Of a stretch of 56,550 nucleotides of DNA, positions 26,819-38,600 are shown one piece after another (position 1 is the first letter of the stretch; the number at the start of each line of letters is the position of its first letter). A model generated the notes under the pieces. It had not been told where the DNA came from. It did no database searches and worked only from the letters and a program-made list of their open reading frames with translations. The stretch spans positions 1 to 56,550 of the forward strand of contig JBBINO010000005.1 in assembly GCA_037443845.1 (NCBI GenBank), given 5' to 3'. The position numbers were made by a program, and so were the translations under genes. This DNA is from Acidobacteriota bacterium. Its GTDB lineage: Bacteria > Acidobacteriota > UBA4820 > DSQY01.

Positions 26819-29800
26819 CTATCTTCCCTCCGGCGGATAGGCGGGCAGGTGGGGCGGCGGAGCAGGCAGGACCATCGGCTTGGAACGGATCTTCTCCATG
26901 AGCACCTCGACCGCCTTTTCGAGCTGGGCGTCCTTCCCCGCGAGGACGTCGCCCGGCGCGTCGTCAATTTCGATATCCGGGTCCACGCCGTGGTTTTCAA
27001 TGACCCATTCGGAGTGCAGCCCGTAGAGCGCGTCCTCGGGTATCGTCACGCTTCCCCCGTCGCAGAGGGGCCAGAAGCCGCGTATGCCGCGAACGCCGCC
27101 CCAGGTGCGGGTCCCGATGACCGGCCCGAGGCCGTACTTGCGGAAGTAGTAGGGGAAGATGTCCCCATCCGAGGCCGAGTAATGGTTGATGAGACAAGCC
27201 ATGTAGCCGTTGAGCAGCTGCTGCGGCACCGTGTAACGCTCGCCCTCGCGGTTCGTGCCCATGCCCACGAGAACCCGCCTCAGGCGCTCAAGGACGATCT
27301 GGTCAATCTCGCCTCCGCCGTTCCAGCGGTCGTCTATGATCAGCCCCTCCTTGGAGGTCTGCCAGTAGAACTGGCGGATGAACTCCTTCATCCCTGTCTC
27401 GTCCATGTCCGAAAGATAGAGATAACCGATCTTGCCGCCCGAGAGGCGGTCCACCTCGGCGCGGTTGTGGTCCACCCAATCCTTCAGGCGAAGCCCCAGC
27501 TCGTCGGGGATGGGTCTCACGGTCACTTCGCGGCGCCCCTTTCCCGCGGCGTCGTCGGCCACCGTCAGCGTCACCGTCTGGCCGAGCGTGCCGACGAAAA
27601 GGCTGTAAGGGTTTTCCGGCGACTTGAGCGGACGGCCGTTCACCGCCAGGAGGAAGCTTCCGGCCTTGAGGTTCACCCCCTGCTCCGTGAGCGGCGAGCG
27701 CAAGGAGCTTTTCGAATTGTCTCCGGCGTAGATTTTCGAGAAGGTGTAGAGGCCCGAGGCTTCGTCAACCACGAAATCCACGCCCAGCAGGCCGGTGGGA
27801 ACCTGGGGGTTCTTGAAGTCGTCGCCTCCGCCCACGTAGGTGTGGGAGTTGTGAAGCTCGCCGAGCATCTCCCCGATTAGGTAGTTCAAGTCCTCGCGGC
27901 AGGCGGCCTCGGGTAGCAACTTCTCGTAGGAAGCCCGGACGGCGGGCCAATCCACGCCGTTCATCTCTGGGTTGAAGAAGAAGTCGCGCTCCAGGCGCCA
28001 CGCCTCCCCGAACATCTCTCGCCACTCCTCGAGGGGCGCGATGAATGCCTTCATGTGGGACAGGTCGAGCTTGTGGTCGCCCGCCTCCGCGCCAGCGCCC
28101 GCGTGCTCCCCGGGCAGGGCGGGGGCGATGGTGTAGTTCTCCTTGCCCTGGATCAGGAGGGAGGAACCGTCGGCGCTGAGGACGTAGCCTTCAAGCGAAG
28201 TGGCCAGCACGGCGTCCTTGCGCTTGGCCATGTCGAAGAGGTGGAGCGCCGTCTCCTCGCCCGAAAGGGGTGTTTCGAAGCTCCTGAGCGGAAGGGTCAG
28301 GTAGTAGACTCGGCCCGCGGCGGCGCTGAGGCCACGGATGTCTCCAGCGGGAATGGGCAGGGGGACCACGCGCTGCGCCAGCCCTTCGAGATCAATCTTC
28401 ATCGGAGCGATCGCCCCCGGTTTCCAGGGCGCCGCTTTCGCCTCATCTTCGGCTTTGTACGCGCCCTCGTCAGAGCGCGGCGCGAAGGGCGACGGCTCCT
28501 CAGCCCGAAGCGTGGCGACGTAGATGCCGTCCATCTTGAGGGTGGCCACGTTGAACTCGCTCTCGCTGAAGACGGGGCTCTCGTGGCGCGCCGAGATGAA
28601 GTAGAGGTACTTTCCGTCCGGGCTGAAGAGGGGCTCGCTGTCGTCGGTCTGGCCCGTGCTGACGAGAGTGGATTTGCCCTCCTTCAGGCTGTAGAGAAAG
28701 ATCCGCCCCATGTAGGTGGAGGCGTCGTCGTCGGAGCCCATGTCCTGCACGCCCGCCTTCGTGTAGGCGAGCCAAAGGCCGTCCGGAGACCAGGAGGAGG
28801 CGTGGATCTCCTCCCGGCGGTCCTGGTCGACCCTGACGGCCCGCTTGCTTTGCACCTCCAGAATCCAGAGAACGTGGTCGCTGTCCGAATAGGCAAGCCT
28901 GGCGCCGTCCGGAGACCAGGCCGGCCCGTAAAGGTAACCCTTTTTGCGGTCGGTCAGGAGGGTCTCCTCTCCGGAGCCGTCGGCGGGCCGCACGGCGACC
29001 TGCGCCTCACCCGTTCGATCCGTCACGTAGGCGACCGTCTTACCATCCGGCGACCACGAGGGGTACATCTCCCTCGCACCCGAGGACTGCGTGAGGTCTC
29101 GCGTGTTACCGTGCTCGGCGGGGACGGTGAAGATCTCGCCGCGCGCGCCGAACACCGCGCGCTTCCCGTTTGGCGAAATGTCGAACGAGTGGATGTTCTT
29201 AGAGGCGTCCACCCACCGTGGACGCGTCCTCGCGCCGTCGTCGGGGACGGCCACCTCCAGCTTGTGGAGCTGTTCCGAGGGCAGGTCCAGGACGTAGAGG
29301 CTCCCGCCGCACTGAAAAACGATGCCGTCGTCTCCGAGGCTCGGCCAGTCTATGTCGTAATCGGCGAAATGGGTCACCTGCCGGAAGGACTTGTCCTTGA
29401 CGTCGTAGGCCCAGAGGTTCAGGCGCCCCTCCGCCCCGCGGTCGGAAGCGAAGTAAACCGTGTCGCCGTGCCACATCGGAAAGGTATCGGTGCCCTTCCA
29501 GTCGGTCACCCGCTCGCAGGCGTGGCTCTTCAGGTCGTAGATCCAGACGTCCTGCGCGAGCCCGCCGTAGTAGCGCTTCCAGGTGCGGAAGTTCCGGAAT
29601 ATCCGGTTCATCGCCAGCTTGGAGCCGTCCGGGCTGTAGGTGCAGAGGCCGGCCGTGTCCACGGGCAGGCGCACCGGCAGGCCGCCTTCCACGGGCACGA
29701 CGAAGAGCCGCCCGAACCAGGAGTTGAAGGTGTCCCGCCTCGAAAGGAAGACGATCCCCTTGCCGTCGGGCGTCCAGGTCACCACCATGTTGTCGGGGCC

Positions 29801-30205
29801 CCAGCGCATCGGCGCGTCCTCAACAACGTCGGAATGGAAGGTGAGGCGCCTGGGGGCGCCGCCCTTCGCCGGAATGACGTAAACGTCGGTGTTGCCGTCG
29901 TACTGGCCCGTGAAGGCGATGAGCTTTCCGTCGGGAGAGAATCGCGGCATGAGGTCGTTGCCCCGCTCGGCGGTGAGGCGCTCGGCCCGGCCGCCCTGCC
30001 GGCTGACCTTCCAGAGGCTTCCGCCGCTTTCGAAGACGATTTCATTCCCGTGAATCGCCGGGAATCTGGCCAAGCCATTTTCCGACGCGCGCGGAGCGCC
30101 GGACCAGGCCCCGAACAACACGGCCGCGGCCAAAAGCGAAAGCCACGCGCGCAGGCTCCCGGAAGGCATCCTCGAAGCGGGTCTCAAGCCACAGCGCCTC
30201 TCCAT
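26819..30205 (-). CDS. Tricorn-like protease (S41; PD40 beta-propellers, PDZ, peptidase domain)
   Basis: Signal peptide, repeated P.WSPDG/FSPDG motifs, IIDDRWNGGG, SASDGD, GTRTWGG, IENHGVDPDIE. Confidence 0.93.
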   Translation of the reverse strand: MERRCGLRPASRMPSGSLRAWLSLLAAAVLFGAWSGAPRASENGLARFPAIHGNEIVFESGGSLWKVSRQGGRAERLTAERGNDLMPRFSPDGKLIAFTGQYDGNTDVYVIPAKGGAPRRLTFHSDVVEDAPMRWGPDNMVVTWTPDGKGIVFLSRRDTFNSWFGRLFVVPVEGGLPVRLPVDTAGLCTYSPDGSKLAMNRIFRNFRTWKRYYGGLAQDVWIYDLKSHACERVTDWKGTDTFPMWHGDTVYFASDRGAEGRLNLWAYDVKDKSFRQVTHFADYDIDWPSLGDDGIVFQCGGSLYVLDLPSEQLHKLEVAVPDDGARTRPRWVDASKNIHSFDISPNGKRAVFGARGEIFTVPAEHGNTRDLTQSSGAREMYPSWSPDGKTVAYVTDRTGEAQVAVRPADGSGEETLLTDRKKGYLYGPAWSPDGARLAYSDSDHVLWILEVQSKRAVRVDQDRREEIHASSWSPDGLWLAYTKAGVQDMGSDDDASTYMGRIFLYSLKEGKSTLVSTGQTDDSEPLFSPDGKYLYFISARHESPVFSESEFNVATLKMDGIYVATLRAEEPSPFAPRSDEGAYKAEDEAKAAPWKPGAIAPMKIDLEGLAQRVVPLPIPAGDIRGLSAAAGRVYYLTLPLRSFETPLSGEETALHLFDMAKRKDAVLATSLEGYVLSADGSSLLIQGKENYTIAPALPGEHAGAGAEAGDHKLDLSHMKAFIAPLEEWREMFGEAWRLERDFFFNPEMNGVDWPAVRASYEKLLPEAACREDLNYLIGEMLGELHNSHTYVGGGDDFKNPQVPTGLLGVDFVVDEASGLYTFSKIYAGDNSKSSLRSPLTEQGVNLKAGSFLLAVNGRPLKSPENPYSLFVGTLGQTVTLTVADDAAGKGRREVTVRPIPDELGLRLKDWVDHNRAEVDRLSGGKIGYLYLSDMDETGMKEFIRQFYWQTSKEGLIIDDRWNGGGEIDQIVLERLRRVLVGMGTNREGERYTVPQQLLNGYMACLINHYSASDGDIFPYYFRKYGLGPVIGTRTWGGVRGIRGFWPLCDGGSVTIPEDALYGLHSEWVIENHGVDPDIEIDDAPGDVLAGKDAQLEKAVEVLMEKIRSKPMVLPAPPPHLPAYPPEGR

Positions 30206-30434
30206 GACGATCTCCTTTCATTCCGCGTCGCGGCGCCCATCGCCTCCGGGCACCCGCCCCGCGTCTCCACCGCCCATTATAGCCACCATGGGGCCGGTAT
30301 GGCGAATGGCGATTGCGTCCGAGAAGGGTTGGATGTATGATTCGGACGAGGCGGTCGAGAGGTGTTGCCATCAATGCCGCAAAGTTCGTTTTTCATCCGT
30401 GGTCCAATTGCGCGGCGGGCCGAAGGGGGTTGGG

Positions 30435-33400
30435 ATGAGTGTGCGAAGACGCTTGTTTCGCTGGGGGGCGTTCGTTCTGTCTTCTGCGTTTTTTGTCCTT
30501 CCGGCGATGGGCGGCGCAAAGCCACCTGCCCCTTGTTTCCTTGACAAGACCCAGTTCGAAGCCAAAGGCCTCAACGAAACGCTCCTGTCCGTGAAGAAGT
30601 TCGGGCGCTGCGCCATAACCGCCAAGAGCGCCCAAGGCACTTCCATCCAGCTTGTGGACAAAATGCTTGGCCCGCTGGAGAACGACGGCGTCCCGGGGGG
30701 GCGCGACGGGAGGCTGGATTGCATTCTAGACGCGGGGTCCTACCAGATCGTCGCCCGATCATCCGATCAGGGGGCCGGCGCGCTGGTTCTTTCGGCGAAG
30801 AGCTTCTCGGAAATCAACGAGAGGGCCCCGGTCCTGCAGGAAACCGTCCCCACCGCGCTCCAGCTGTCCGATCTTCAGCAGGCCTCATACTGGCTCGAGG
30901 TGCCGGAGCGGCGCACCGTTTACATTGAAGCGATGGGGAGGAACCTCTCCGATATGCGCCTGTGGTACCAGGGCAACTGGCTTCTTCCGGACTTGCCGGA
31001 TGAAGCCGAGACCAGTCCGGTGCCGGGGCGCCCCCAAACCCGGCTCCTCATGGTGGCGACGCTGGATAAGGGAAGTTACCTGGTCACGGCTTACGGCGGA
31101 GTGGCCAAGCCCTGGGCGAAGCAGTCGGAAGACCACCCCTTCTGCCTGCGGCTGGGCATCCCTTCTCTGGAAGCCAACGCGAGACGCGATGCTTCCGTTT
31201 CCCCATTTGGCGCCGACCGTTACATCGTGCCAAGAGCATCGAGCGCGTACGTCCTGCAGCTCGGCGAGAAAAGAGATTTCCGTCTCGAAGCAAAGGCCTT
31301 CAGATCCGGCGATCCCCTTGAGCCGTTCGATCAGAGCGCTTCCATCAGCAAGAAGAGTCAGGACCCCGAATGCAGGATACTCTTCCAAACCTACAAGGAG
31401 GCGTCGCTCGTCACCGTGGTCGGCCAGCCGGGGGAAAAATACACCCTGGAGGTATTTGAGCCGAGAGACGAGTTCACGCTGAAGGAGCCGGGCCGTTTTC
31501 TGATCGAAACCCTTCACTCGGGCTTTCCGGATGACGCCATAGACGCCACCGGCATTCTCGTTTCTGACGAGGAGCGGGCGCCCCATGTCGTGTCGGCGGC
31601 GGCCGACGTGATCCACCTGGGGACGGGCAAGGGATGGGCGAGGCGGTTCAACCTGCTTGACGAAGAAACCGTCTTCTTCTTCGTGGAAGAGCCGGGAACA
31701 TACGAACTCAAATCGGAGGGGACGCCCGTCAGCGCCCGGTTCGAGCCTTTCATGCTCACCGCTCCCCCCAACCACAGCCCGCCTCCGTACAAGCCGGGAA
31801 GCTCCACCTGGGTGCTCGACCCCGGCTACTGGGTGCTCTCGCTTTCCCCGGACAAGAAGGGCATCGCAACGCTGGCGGTCAGGAAGAAGGGGGGGCTCTG
31901 GCAGAGCATCACCGGGGCGCTTCTGGGCGAGGGAGCGATCTCAGGCGGTTCCGCCAAGGGCGCTTGCCTGCTTCCGGACGTTCTCGTGAATCCGGGCCAT
32001 TCCTATACGCTCTATCTGAACGAGCAAAAGGGCGTTGAGAGGGGCATCTTGGCCCGACGGCTTCCGCTCGATCTCTCAAGCCCGCTCCCCGTCACTTTGA
32101 TGCCGGGCCAGATGGTGAAGTTGCCTTTCCACGCGGCGACGTCGGGAAGGCTCTCGTTCGAATCGAACGTGAATGGAGACTGGGGCCTCTCGGTGGAGGG
32201 GACGAAATGCGGGCAACGATGCGACGTGGGGCCGGGCGATCATGAGGTCTCGGTCACCAACAAGGGCGCCCACACCGCCGTCTTTCTCCTCAGCTTCGCG
32301 GCGGCGGACCGCCTCCCCGGAGCCGCCCCGGCGTACTTGCCTACCAGCGTCACTTCCGCGTTCGATCAATTCGACATCCTGACGGACAAGTCGCCCCTCT
32401 TTTTCGACCTGGACAGGGGTGAATCGAAAACCGTGCTCCTCGAGGTGGCGGCCCCCGCGCTCTATCGGATAGAAACGACCGGGCTTCTCGCCACTTCCTG
32501 TACCATACGCACCAGAACGCGGACGAGCCTGTTCGAGGATGCCGGAAGCGGGGCGGGCCGCAACAGCCTGATCCAAACCTACCTGAAACCGGGCGAGTAC
32601 CAAGTGACGGTGCAGGCGAGAGGCCGGTCCAAGGGCCACCTGGGGATCGAGGCGTCGCAAATGAATCTCCTCGAAGGAGGCCCGCTGCGGATCGGGGGAG
32701 AGACGCGCGAGAAGATACCGGCTGGCGCCGCCGTGGCGCACCCCTTCACCATCCTTGAGCGGGGCACCTACCTCCTCTCCACCGTAGGCGTCGACAAGAC
32801 CTTCAATTGCCGGATCGAGGACCCGGATGGGTGGCCGCTGTTGCGGCCGGGCCTGCCAGCCCGCGTGACCAGGGAGTTCTCCCCGGGAACCTACGGCTAC
32901 GTGAGCCTTCCCTGCGACGTGGAGACCCTGAGGGACACCCGCCTGGAACGGGTCGAGACAGCGCCAAAAATCGAGGGGCACGGGCCGCATCCCATCGTCC
33001 TGAACGGCAGAGTGGAAAACGTCTGGCACGAACCCGCCAAAGGGGAGCCGCGAGAGAGGGACGTGTACGATTTCACGGTACCCGCCGAGGTGACCGCCAC
33101 GATCGGACTGGGCGAGGCGCAGATGCAGGCGTACCTGCGCGAACGCAATGGAAGCGGAGGATTGGAAACGATCGCCGAGGTGCCGGCCGGAAAGGGCTGG
33201 TCGGGAAAGCTCTCTCCCGGAGACTACCGCATCGAGGCGGAATGCAGCCGGCAGAACGACCTGCTTCCCTACGCCGTCTCGGTTTCGGTCCGGGAGCTCG
33301 TGCCCGGCTTGTCCAAGGGGGTCTCGGTTCCCGCCGACCTTCTGGTCAGTCTTTCCAAGGCGGGGCTGGTCGACCTCTCTTCGGCGGGAAACCTGGACGT

Positions 33401-35675
33401 GCGGGCGAGCCTTTACCGGGACTCGGACGGCGCGCTGGTGGCGGAAGATGACGACGACTACGACAATTGGAACTTCAGGATCGACAAGCGGCTTCAACCC
33501 GGCAGATACACGCTCCGCGTGGAACCCGTCGGGGGAGGCTCGGGCAACGTGACGGTTGCCATGGCGACGCCGGAGGAGGTCACGCGAAAATCCATGGAGA
33601 TACCGGCGGAGCGGAAGATCGACCTGGAGGGAAAGATCAACGTCTTTCCGCTGCCCCCCGTTCCCGTGGGCGCGGTGCTCGCGGTGTCGGCTTCCGGCGA
33701 TTCCAGCATCGGCCTCGCGGTAGAAAAGGCCGGCGCGGATGGCCTGCGCACGCTGGCGGCGCGGTCGGGCCGAAGCTGCGAAGCGCTGGTGGCCCTGGCC
33801 GGCGGCGCGGGCTACCAGATCCGCCTCTGGTCAAGGGATCACCAGAGCGAATCGGCCATGCTGCGGATCGGTTTGGCCAAGGCCTCGGTTGCGGCGGAAT
33901 CGTCCTCAGGCGAAAGCCTGCGTATAAGTCCGTCTCTGGTCGCGGGGATGGAAGTGGCTGTCGCCGCTTTCCGGGCCGGATCTCCGGGCACCTTTGAAGT
34001 GGAGCCCTCCTCGGGGCTCTTGTTTGGCCAGGGGCAAGATTCGGAATTGGCCACGCCACCGCTTCCCTTCGTCGCCCTTCGCGGCGGTGAAAATTTCCTG
34101 GCCCTGAAAACCCGCGGATCCGAGGAAGCGAGGGTCCGCCTGATCCGGCGCCGCCTCGAGCCGGGACCGGAGGGGGCACTGCCCGTGGGCGTGGCCGGTG
34201 GCGCAGGGCAATGGATAGACGTCAGCGGCGCGGGCGACGAGATCACCCTGCTGACGGCCACTTCGGACGGCGGCGTTCCCGTATGCGATTTCGCGCCCAA
34301 GGGGGGCGTTGCCGACGGGCCCGTGCAGAGCGGGGTGTTCGACTTCTTCTCAAACGGGTGCGTCTCGGCGGTCGTGGGCGACCCGCGGCCGAGGGCGAGA
34401 ATCTGGCGGGCGACCGCCGGAGCCGCGGCGCTGCCTCCGGTCAGGGTCGGGTGCCGCCGTTTCAGGCTTCCGCAGAGCATGCCACCCCTGGCTTTCGGCC
34501 TCGATTCGGCCAGCGTCGAGCCGGGCGGCTGCGTCGGGTTCTCCCTGCCGCCTGGGCCCAAGCGGCTGGTGGTCGACATCTCCAAAGGAGGCATCCTGCT
34601 CCTGGGCGATTCCGCCGTGAACAGAATAGCCGCCGCCGTGGAGGAAGCCCTTCATGCCAGCATGGACACGACGGACGCGACGCTCTACCTCGTCAATCCT
34701 ACGGCACAGCGGGTCGACTGCTCCCTCTCCTGTCAGGCGGGCGCTGAGGTTCCGGAGCTTGAAGTCCGCGAGGGGAAACCCTTCGAGCGCCTCTTCTCTG
34801 AAGCCGGCACCGAAAGGGTGCGCGTCGTTCCACCCCAAGGAGGCGGCTGGCGCCTTTTCGCTTCGGCGCCGGGGGCTTCACTCGTGGTTATGGGGCCCAA
34901 CGGCGTCGTTCGGTCCGGCTCGCCCGTTTCCGTCAGCGGGGAAGGGTACGCATGGCTGACGCATGAAGCAGGGCTTTCCAAGATATGGATGGCGAAGGAC
35001 GAGGGCGTCGAGGCCCGGTGGGGAGCGCCTGTTCCGGAAGGCAGGGCGGTTCCGGCAAACTCGGTCAGCCCGGTTTCCGGCCGGTCCGCCGGTTTCCTGC
35101 TCCATCTGGCGGAAGGCGGCGTGCTCCACGCGCAGATGTCCTGCGGCGGGACGATCGCCCTCAAGGAAGCGGGGCTTCAGGGGCGGTTTGTCGCGGCAAC
35201 CGAAAACGCCGCCGAAACGGGATTCGATCATTACCTGGAGGCTGGAAGCTATCTGCTGATGGCGAGGGGGCCGGCGGGATCCGATCTGACGGGGACGATC
35301 GGCGTCTTTTTCGAGCCCGTCAAGCGAATCGCGGGAACCTTCGGTCCTCAGGAACTCATCGGGCCGGGAGAGTCGAAAAGCTTCGTCTTCGAAGTCAAGA
35401 CCGGAGGCTTCGTGGGGATCGGCCTGCGGACCGAAGGAGAACGGCTCTCGTGCGATCTCATGACCCAAGAGGGCCGATTGATTGGAAGGGGCATTCAGCA
35501 GTTCGTCAAGCTGGACCCCGGCCTCTATCTGTTGAAGGTGAGGGCGGACGGTGACGCCGCTCCCATCAGGGTGAGCCCGGTCGTCGTCGGCCTGCAGCCG
35601 CCATCTAGTGGTCCGCCCGAGGAGGCGCTGAGAGAATTCTTCACGTCCGTTGGCGTGATGGAGAGGGGGGAGTAA
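30435..35675 (+). CDS. Very large exported protein of tandem beta-sandwich (PPC-like) modules; first gene of the A2M operon
   Basis: ATG 30435 gives a signal peptide (MSVRRRLFRWGAFVLSSAFFVLPAMG); recurring L.PG.Y.l.v motifs; stops 1 nt before the A2M start. Confidence 0.75.
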   Translation: MSVRRRLFRWGAFVLSSAFFVLPAMGGAKPPAPCFLDKTQFEAKGLNETLLSVKKFGRCAITAKSAQGTSIQLVDKMLGPLENDGVPGGRDGRLDCILDAGSYQIVARSSDQGAGALVLSAKSFSEINERAPVLQETVPTALQLSDLQQASYWLEVPERRTVYIEAMGRNLSDMRLWYQGNWLLPDLPDEAETSPVPGRPQTRLLMVATLDKGSYLVTAYGGVAKPWAKQSEDHPFCLRLGIPSLEANARRDASVSPFGADRYIVPRASSAYVLQLGEKRDFRLEAKAFRSGDPLEPFDQSASISKKSQDPECRILFQTYKEASLVTVVGQPGEKYTLEVFEPRDEFTLKEPGRFLIETLHSGFPDDAIDATGILVSDEERAPHVVSAAADVIHLGTGKGWARRFNLLDEETVFFFVEEPGTYELKSEGTPVSARFEPFMLTAPPNHSPPPYKPGSSTWVLDPGYWVLSLSPDKKGIATLAVRKKGGLWQSITGALLGEGAISGGSAKGACLLPDVLVNPGHSYTLYLNEQKGVERGILARRLPLDLSSPLPVTLMPGQMVKLPFHAATSGRLSFESNVNGDWGLSVEGTKCGQRCDVGPGDHEVSVTNKGAHTAVFLLSFAAADRLPGAAPAYLPTSVTSAFDQFDILTDKSPLFFDLDRGESKTVLLEVAAPALYRIETTGLLATSCTIRTRTRTSLFEDAGSGAGRNSLIQTYLKPGEYQVTVQARGRSKGHLGIEASQMNLLEGGPLRIGGETREKIPAGAAVAHPFTILERGTYLLSTVGVDKTFNCRIEDPDGWPLLRPGLPARVTREFSPGTYGYVSLPCDVETLRDTRLERVETAPKIEGHGPHPIVLNGRVENVWHEPAKGEPRERDVYDFTVPAEVTATIGLGEAQMQAYLRERNGSGGLETIAEVPAGKGWSGKLSPGDYRIEAECSRQNDLLPYAVSVSVRELVPGLSKGVSVPADLLVSLSKAGLVDLSSAGNLDVRASLYRDSDGALVAEDDDDYDNWNFRIDKRLQPGRYTLRVEPVGGGSGNVTVAMATPEEVTRKSMEIPAERKIDLEGKINVFPLPPVPVGAVLAVSASGDSSIGLAVEKAGADGLRTLAARSGRSCEALVALAGGAGYQIRLWSRDHQSESAMLRIGLAKASVAAESSSGESLRISPSLVAGMEVAVAAFRAGSPGTFEVEPSSGLLFGQGQDSELATPPLPFVALRGGENFLALKTRGSEEARVRLIRRRLEPGPEGALPVGVAGGAGQWIDVSGAGDEITLLTATSDGGVPVCDFAPKGGVADGPVQSGVFDFFSNGCVSAVVGDPRPRARIWRATAGAAALPPVRVGCRRFRLPQSMPPLAFGLDSASVEPGGCVGFSLPPGPKRLVVDISKGGILLLGDSAVNRIAAAVEEALHASMDTTDATLYLVNPTAQRVDCSLSCQAGAEVPELEVREGKPFERLFSEAGTERVRVVPPQGGGWRLFASAPGASLVVMGPNGVVRSGSPVSVSGEGYAWLTHEAGLSKIWMAKDEGVEARWGAPVPEGRAVPANSVSPVSGRSAGFLLHLAEGGVLHAQMSCGGTIALKEAGLQGRFVAATENAAETGFDHYLEAGSYLLMARGPAGSDLTGTIGVFFEPVKRIAGTFGPQELIGPGESKSFVFEVKTGGFVGIGLRTEGERLSCDLMTQEGRLIGRGIQQFVKLDPGLYLLKVRADGDAAPIRVSPVVVGLQPPSSGPPEEALREFFTSVGVMERGE

Positions 35676-35676
35676 G

Positions 35677-38600
35677 ATGAGGCGCCGCTGCCTTTTTGCC
35701 GCAACCCTGTTGATGCTGCTTTCTACGGCGTTGACCTACACCGGTGAACCGCCGGCCGCTCAAGCCGGAAGATTGGTCATCCTGCCCGAGAGCATCCTGC
35801 GCGGGTATGACCCTGTGACGGTCTTCTTTCCCAAAGCCGTTGTTTCGGGGCAGGGACCGGAGGACCATGCGGAGAAGTACGTCAAGATACAACCGGCGAT
35901 GTCAGGGGCCTTCAGCTGGGTCGACGCGAAGACGCTCATTTTCGTTCCGGCCGTCCCCTGGCCCCCCTTGGCCAGCTTCGTCGTCAGCGCCGGTGGGGCG
36001 GAGCGAAAGCTCTTCACCCTCCTTGCCCCGCCGATCTCCATGGATCCAAGCGACGGCGCACGGGATCTGGAGCCCGTGGAAGAGGTGACGCTGGCTTTCG
36101 CCTCACCCATCCCTCCGGAAAAACTGGCCGAGATGGTCACCTTTGAACTGCGCCCCCTGCCGGGCGTCGGGAGGCGCAACGCGCGGGTCCTGAGCGAGCA
36201 GGATTACGCGCTGAAAGCGATAGAGCGCTCCTCGGCGAAGGATCCGGCCAAGTACGTCTTCCGCTTCAAGGAGCCGATACCGGACGGGTTGAGGGTCGTA
36301 ACGAGGCTGAAGCTTTCGCTCGATGAAAAATCGAGCGATTCCTTCATGGAGTACGCGTTTGCCACAAAAGAGCCGTTCCGCGTCGCGGCCGCCGGGTGCA
36401 TGGAAGGTGCCGACGCCGAATCATCCTACGGAAGAAGGCCGCGCGAGTACCGAGGCTCGTCTTATCTCAACGAAACCGGAGCGGACGAGGAAGAGGGCGA
36501 CGGCCAGGATGAGGCGGCGTCCGGCTCGGAAGAGGGGGCGCCGGGGCCCAGGCCGGGGATGCTGCCTCTCGCCATGGGCGGCACGCGGTACGGCAGGGAA
36601 CAGGCGCTCGACGGAGGGGCGGGCTCGCCAAGGCTCGCCATACAGTTCTCCTCTGAGCCCGAGCCCCTCACGCTCTCGCTCGTGAAGGCCCTGCTTCACC
36701 TGACGCCATCGATGGAGAACATGTCCTTCTCTCAGTCCGGCCGCTACGTGTTCGTCACCGGAAAGGTGGACAGGGCCACCCTCTACCAGGCGGAAATTCT
36801 TCCTGCGCCGATACACGACACGCAGGGGCGTCCGCTGCAGATGGAGGGGATCTCGGCGTTTTATTTCTACTTTCCCCAGCGCGCCTCCTTTCTGAGGTGG
36901 TCCCAGAGCCGGGGCATCATCGAACGGTTCGGGCCGCAGATGTTTCCGCTCTCCGGGCGGGGAGACGCGAAGGTGGACGTCAGGATCTACAAGATCGCTC
37001 CGCTGGATCGAAACTTCTGGCCCTTTCCCTCGGCCCCCGTGGTCATAGACGAGCAGTCTCGCCCCCCGGGGCCCGGCGAGGAGCCCCAGGAAGCCGAGAC
37101 CCTGACCGCCTACGTGACGGCGGGGGATCTGGCAAGGCGCATCAAGCTGCTGGGATCTCCGGCTGTGTCGAGGATCATGGACCTGCCCATAAGGCCATCG
37201 GGAGGGGCCACCGGTTTCGGCCTTCCCCTCAAAGAGGCGCTGGCCCAAATCTCGGGGCCCGGCGCCCCGGGCACCTACCTCGTGGGCATCAGGCGCTTGA
37301 ACAACGAAACGAATCGTGACTACGTGCGGATCCAGGTCACCGACCTCTGCCTCTCGACGGTGGAGGAAAAGCGGGCCGTGGAATTCTACGTCAGCTCGCT
37401 CAAGACGGGAAAGCCTGTGGAAGGGGCCGCGATCAGGGTCGAGCGCCAGCTTCCCGGAAAGGGACCGTACGACGCCGCGATCCTGGGCAGAACCGATGCG
37501 AGGGGGCTGTTCCGGTGGGAACACACGGCGCGCGTGGAGGGCAGGGTGACCCGCATCGTCGTTGCGAACGGCGAGGACACGCTGGTGATTCTCCCCTCCG
37601 ACCCCCCGTACGCCTTCGCGAACGATCACTGGTACGGTCCCAGGGGAAAATGGCTGGGCTGGGTGGAAAACGACCCCATGAAAGAACCGCCGGTGGAGGA
37701 CCTGCTGATGGCGCATCTCCTTACGGAGCGCCCCGTCTACAGGCCGGAGGATGAGGTCCACATCAAAGGCTACCTCAGGCGGAGGGAGAAGGGGAAGCTC
37801 CAGCTTCCGCCCGCGGGAGATTGGGAGATCGTCGTCACGGATCCGGGCGGGAAGGAGTACCACTACCCCGTCGAAATCACCGCCGAGGGCAGCTTCTACT
37901 TGAAATTCCAGGAGCGCGACCTCCCTTCGGGCCGGTACGGCGCCTTCCTGCACGAAGTGAAGACGGGCAAGTCTTATGGTGCGGTGGACTGGCGGATGGA
38001 GGCCTACCGTATCCCGCGCTTCGAGGTCTCCATCCAAGGTCCGGACCAAGTGCCGATGGATAGGGAGTTCACGCTCACGGCCACGGCGGACTATTACGCC
38101 GGAGGCCGCGTCATCGGGCAGGACGTGGCTTGGCGCGTCACGCAGTTCCCGTACGCCTTCGTCCCTGCGGGCATGCCCGACTTCCATTTCTCTTCGGACG
38201 AGAGGTTCTCGAAGCCGGGCCGGTTCCAGGCGCCCGGCGCCGTGGAAAAGAAGGACAAGACGGACGCCAGCGGCGCCTCCGCGCTAACGCTGAACCCCGC
38301 GCTTGAAATGGACGCCAGGCCGAGGCGTTACGTCTGCGAAGTCACGGTGACCGGGGCAGACGATCAGACCGTCTCTGCCACGAGGCAGGTCTTGGCCCTG
38401 CCGCCGTTCGTGCTCGGGCTCAAGGTCGACCGCTTCCAGCCCGAGGTCACGGCCATCCATCCCGAAGTGGTCGCCCTCGACGGGATCGGCAAGGCAGTCA
38501 AAGGGTTGGACGCGACGGTCCGGCTCCTACAGCGCCAGTGGCATTCCACCTTGACCGAATCCGACTTCGCCACGGGCAAGGCCAAGTACCAGACCGAGGT

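Noticed and set aside
30204-30434. N-terminal extension of the 1,823-aa ORF (likewise the extensions at 20419, 18875 and 53460)
   Set aside because: Downstream ATGs (30435, 20593, 18794, 53508) have an RBS, a signal peptide or a stop-start overlap and fit better.
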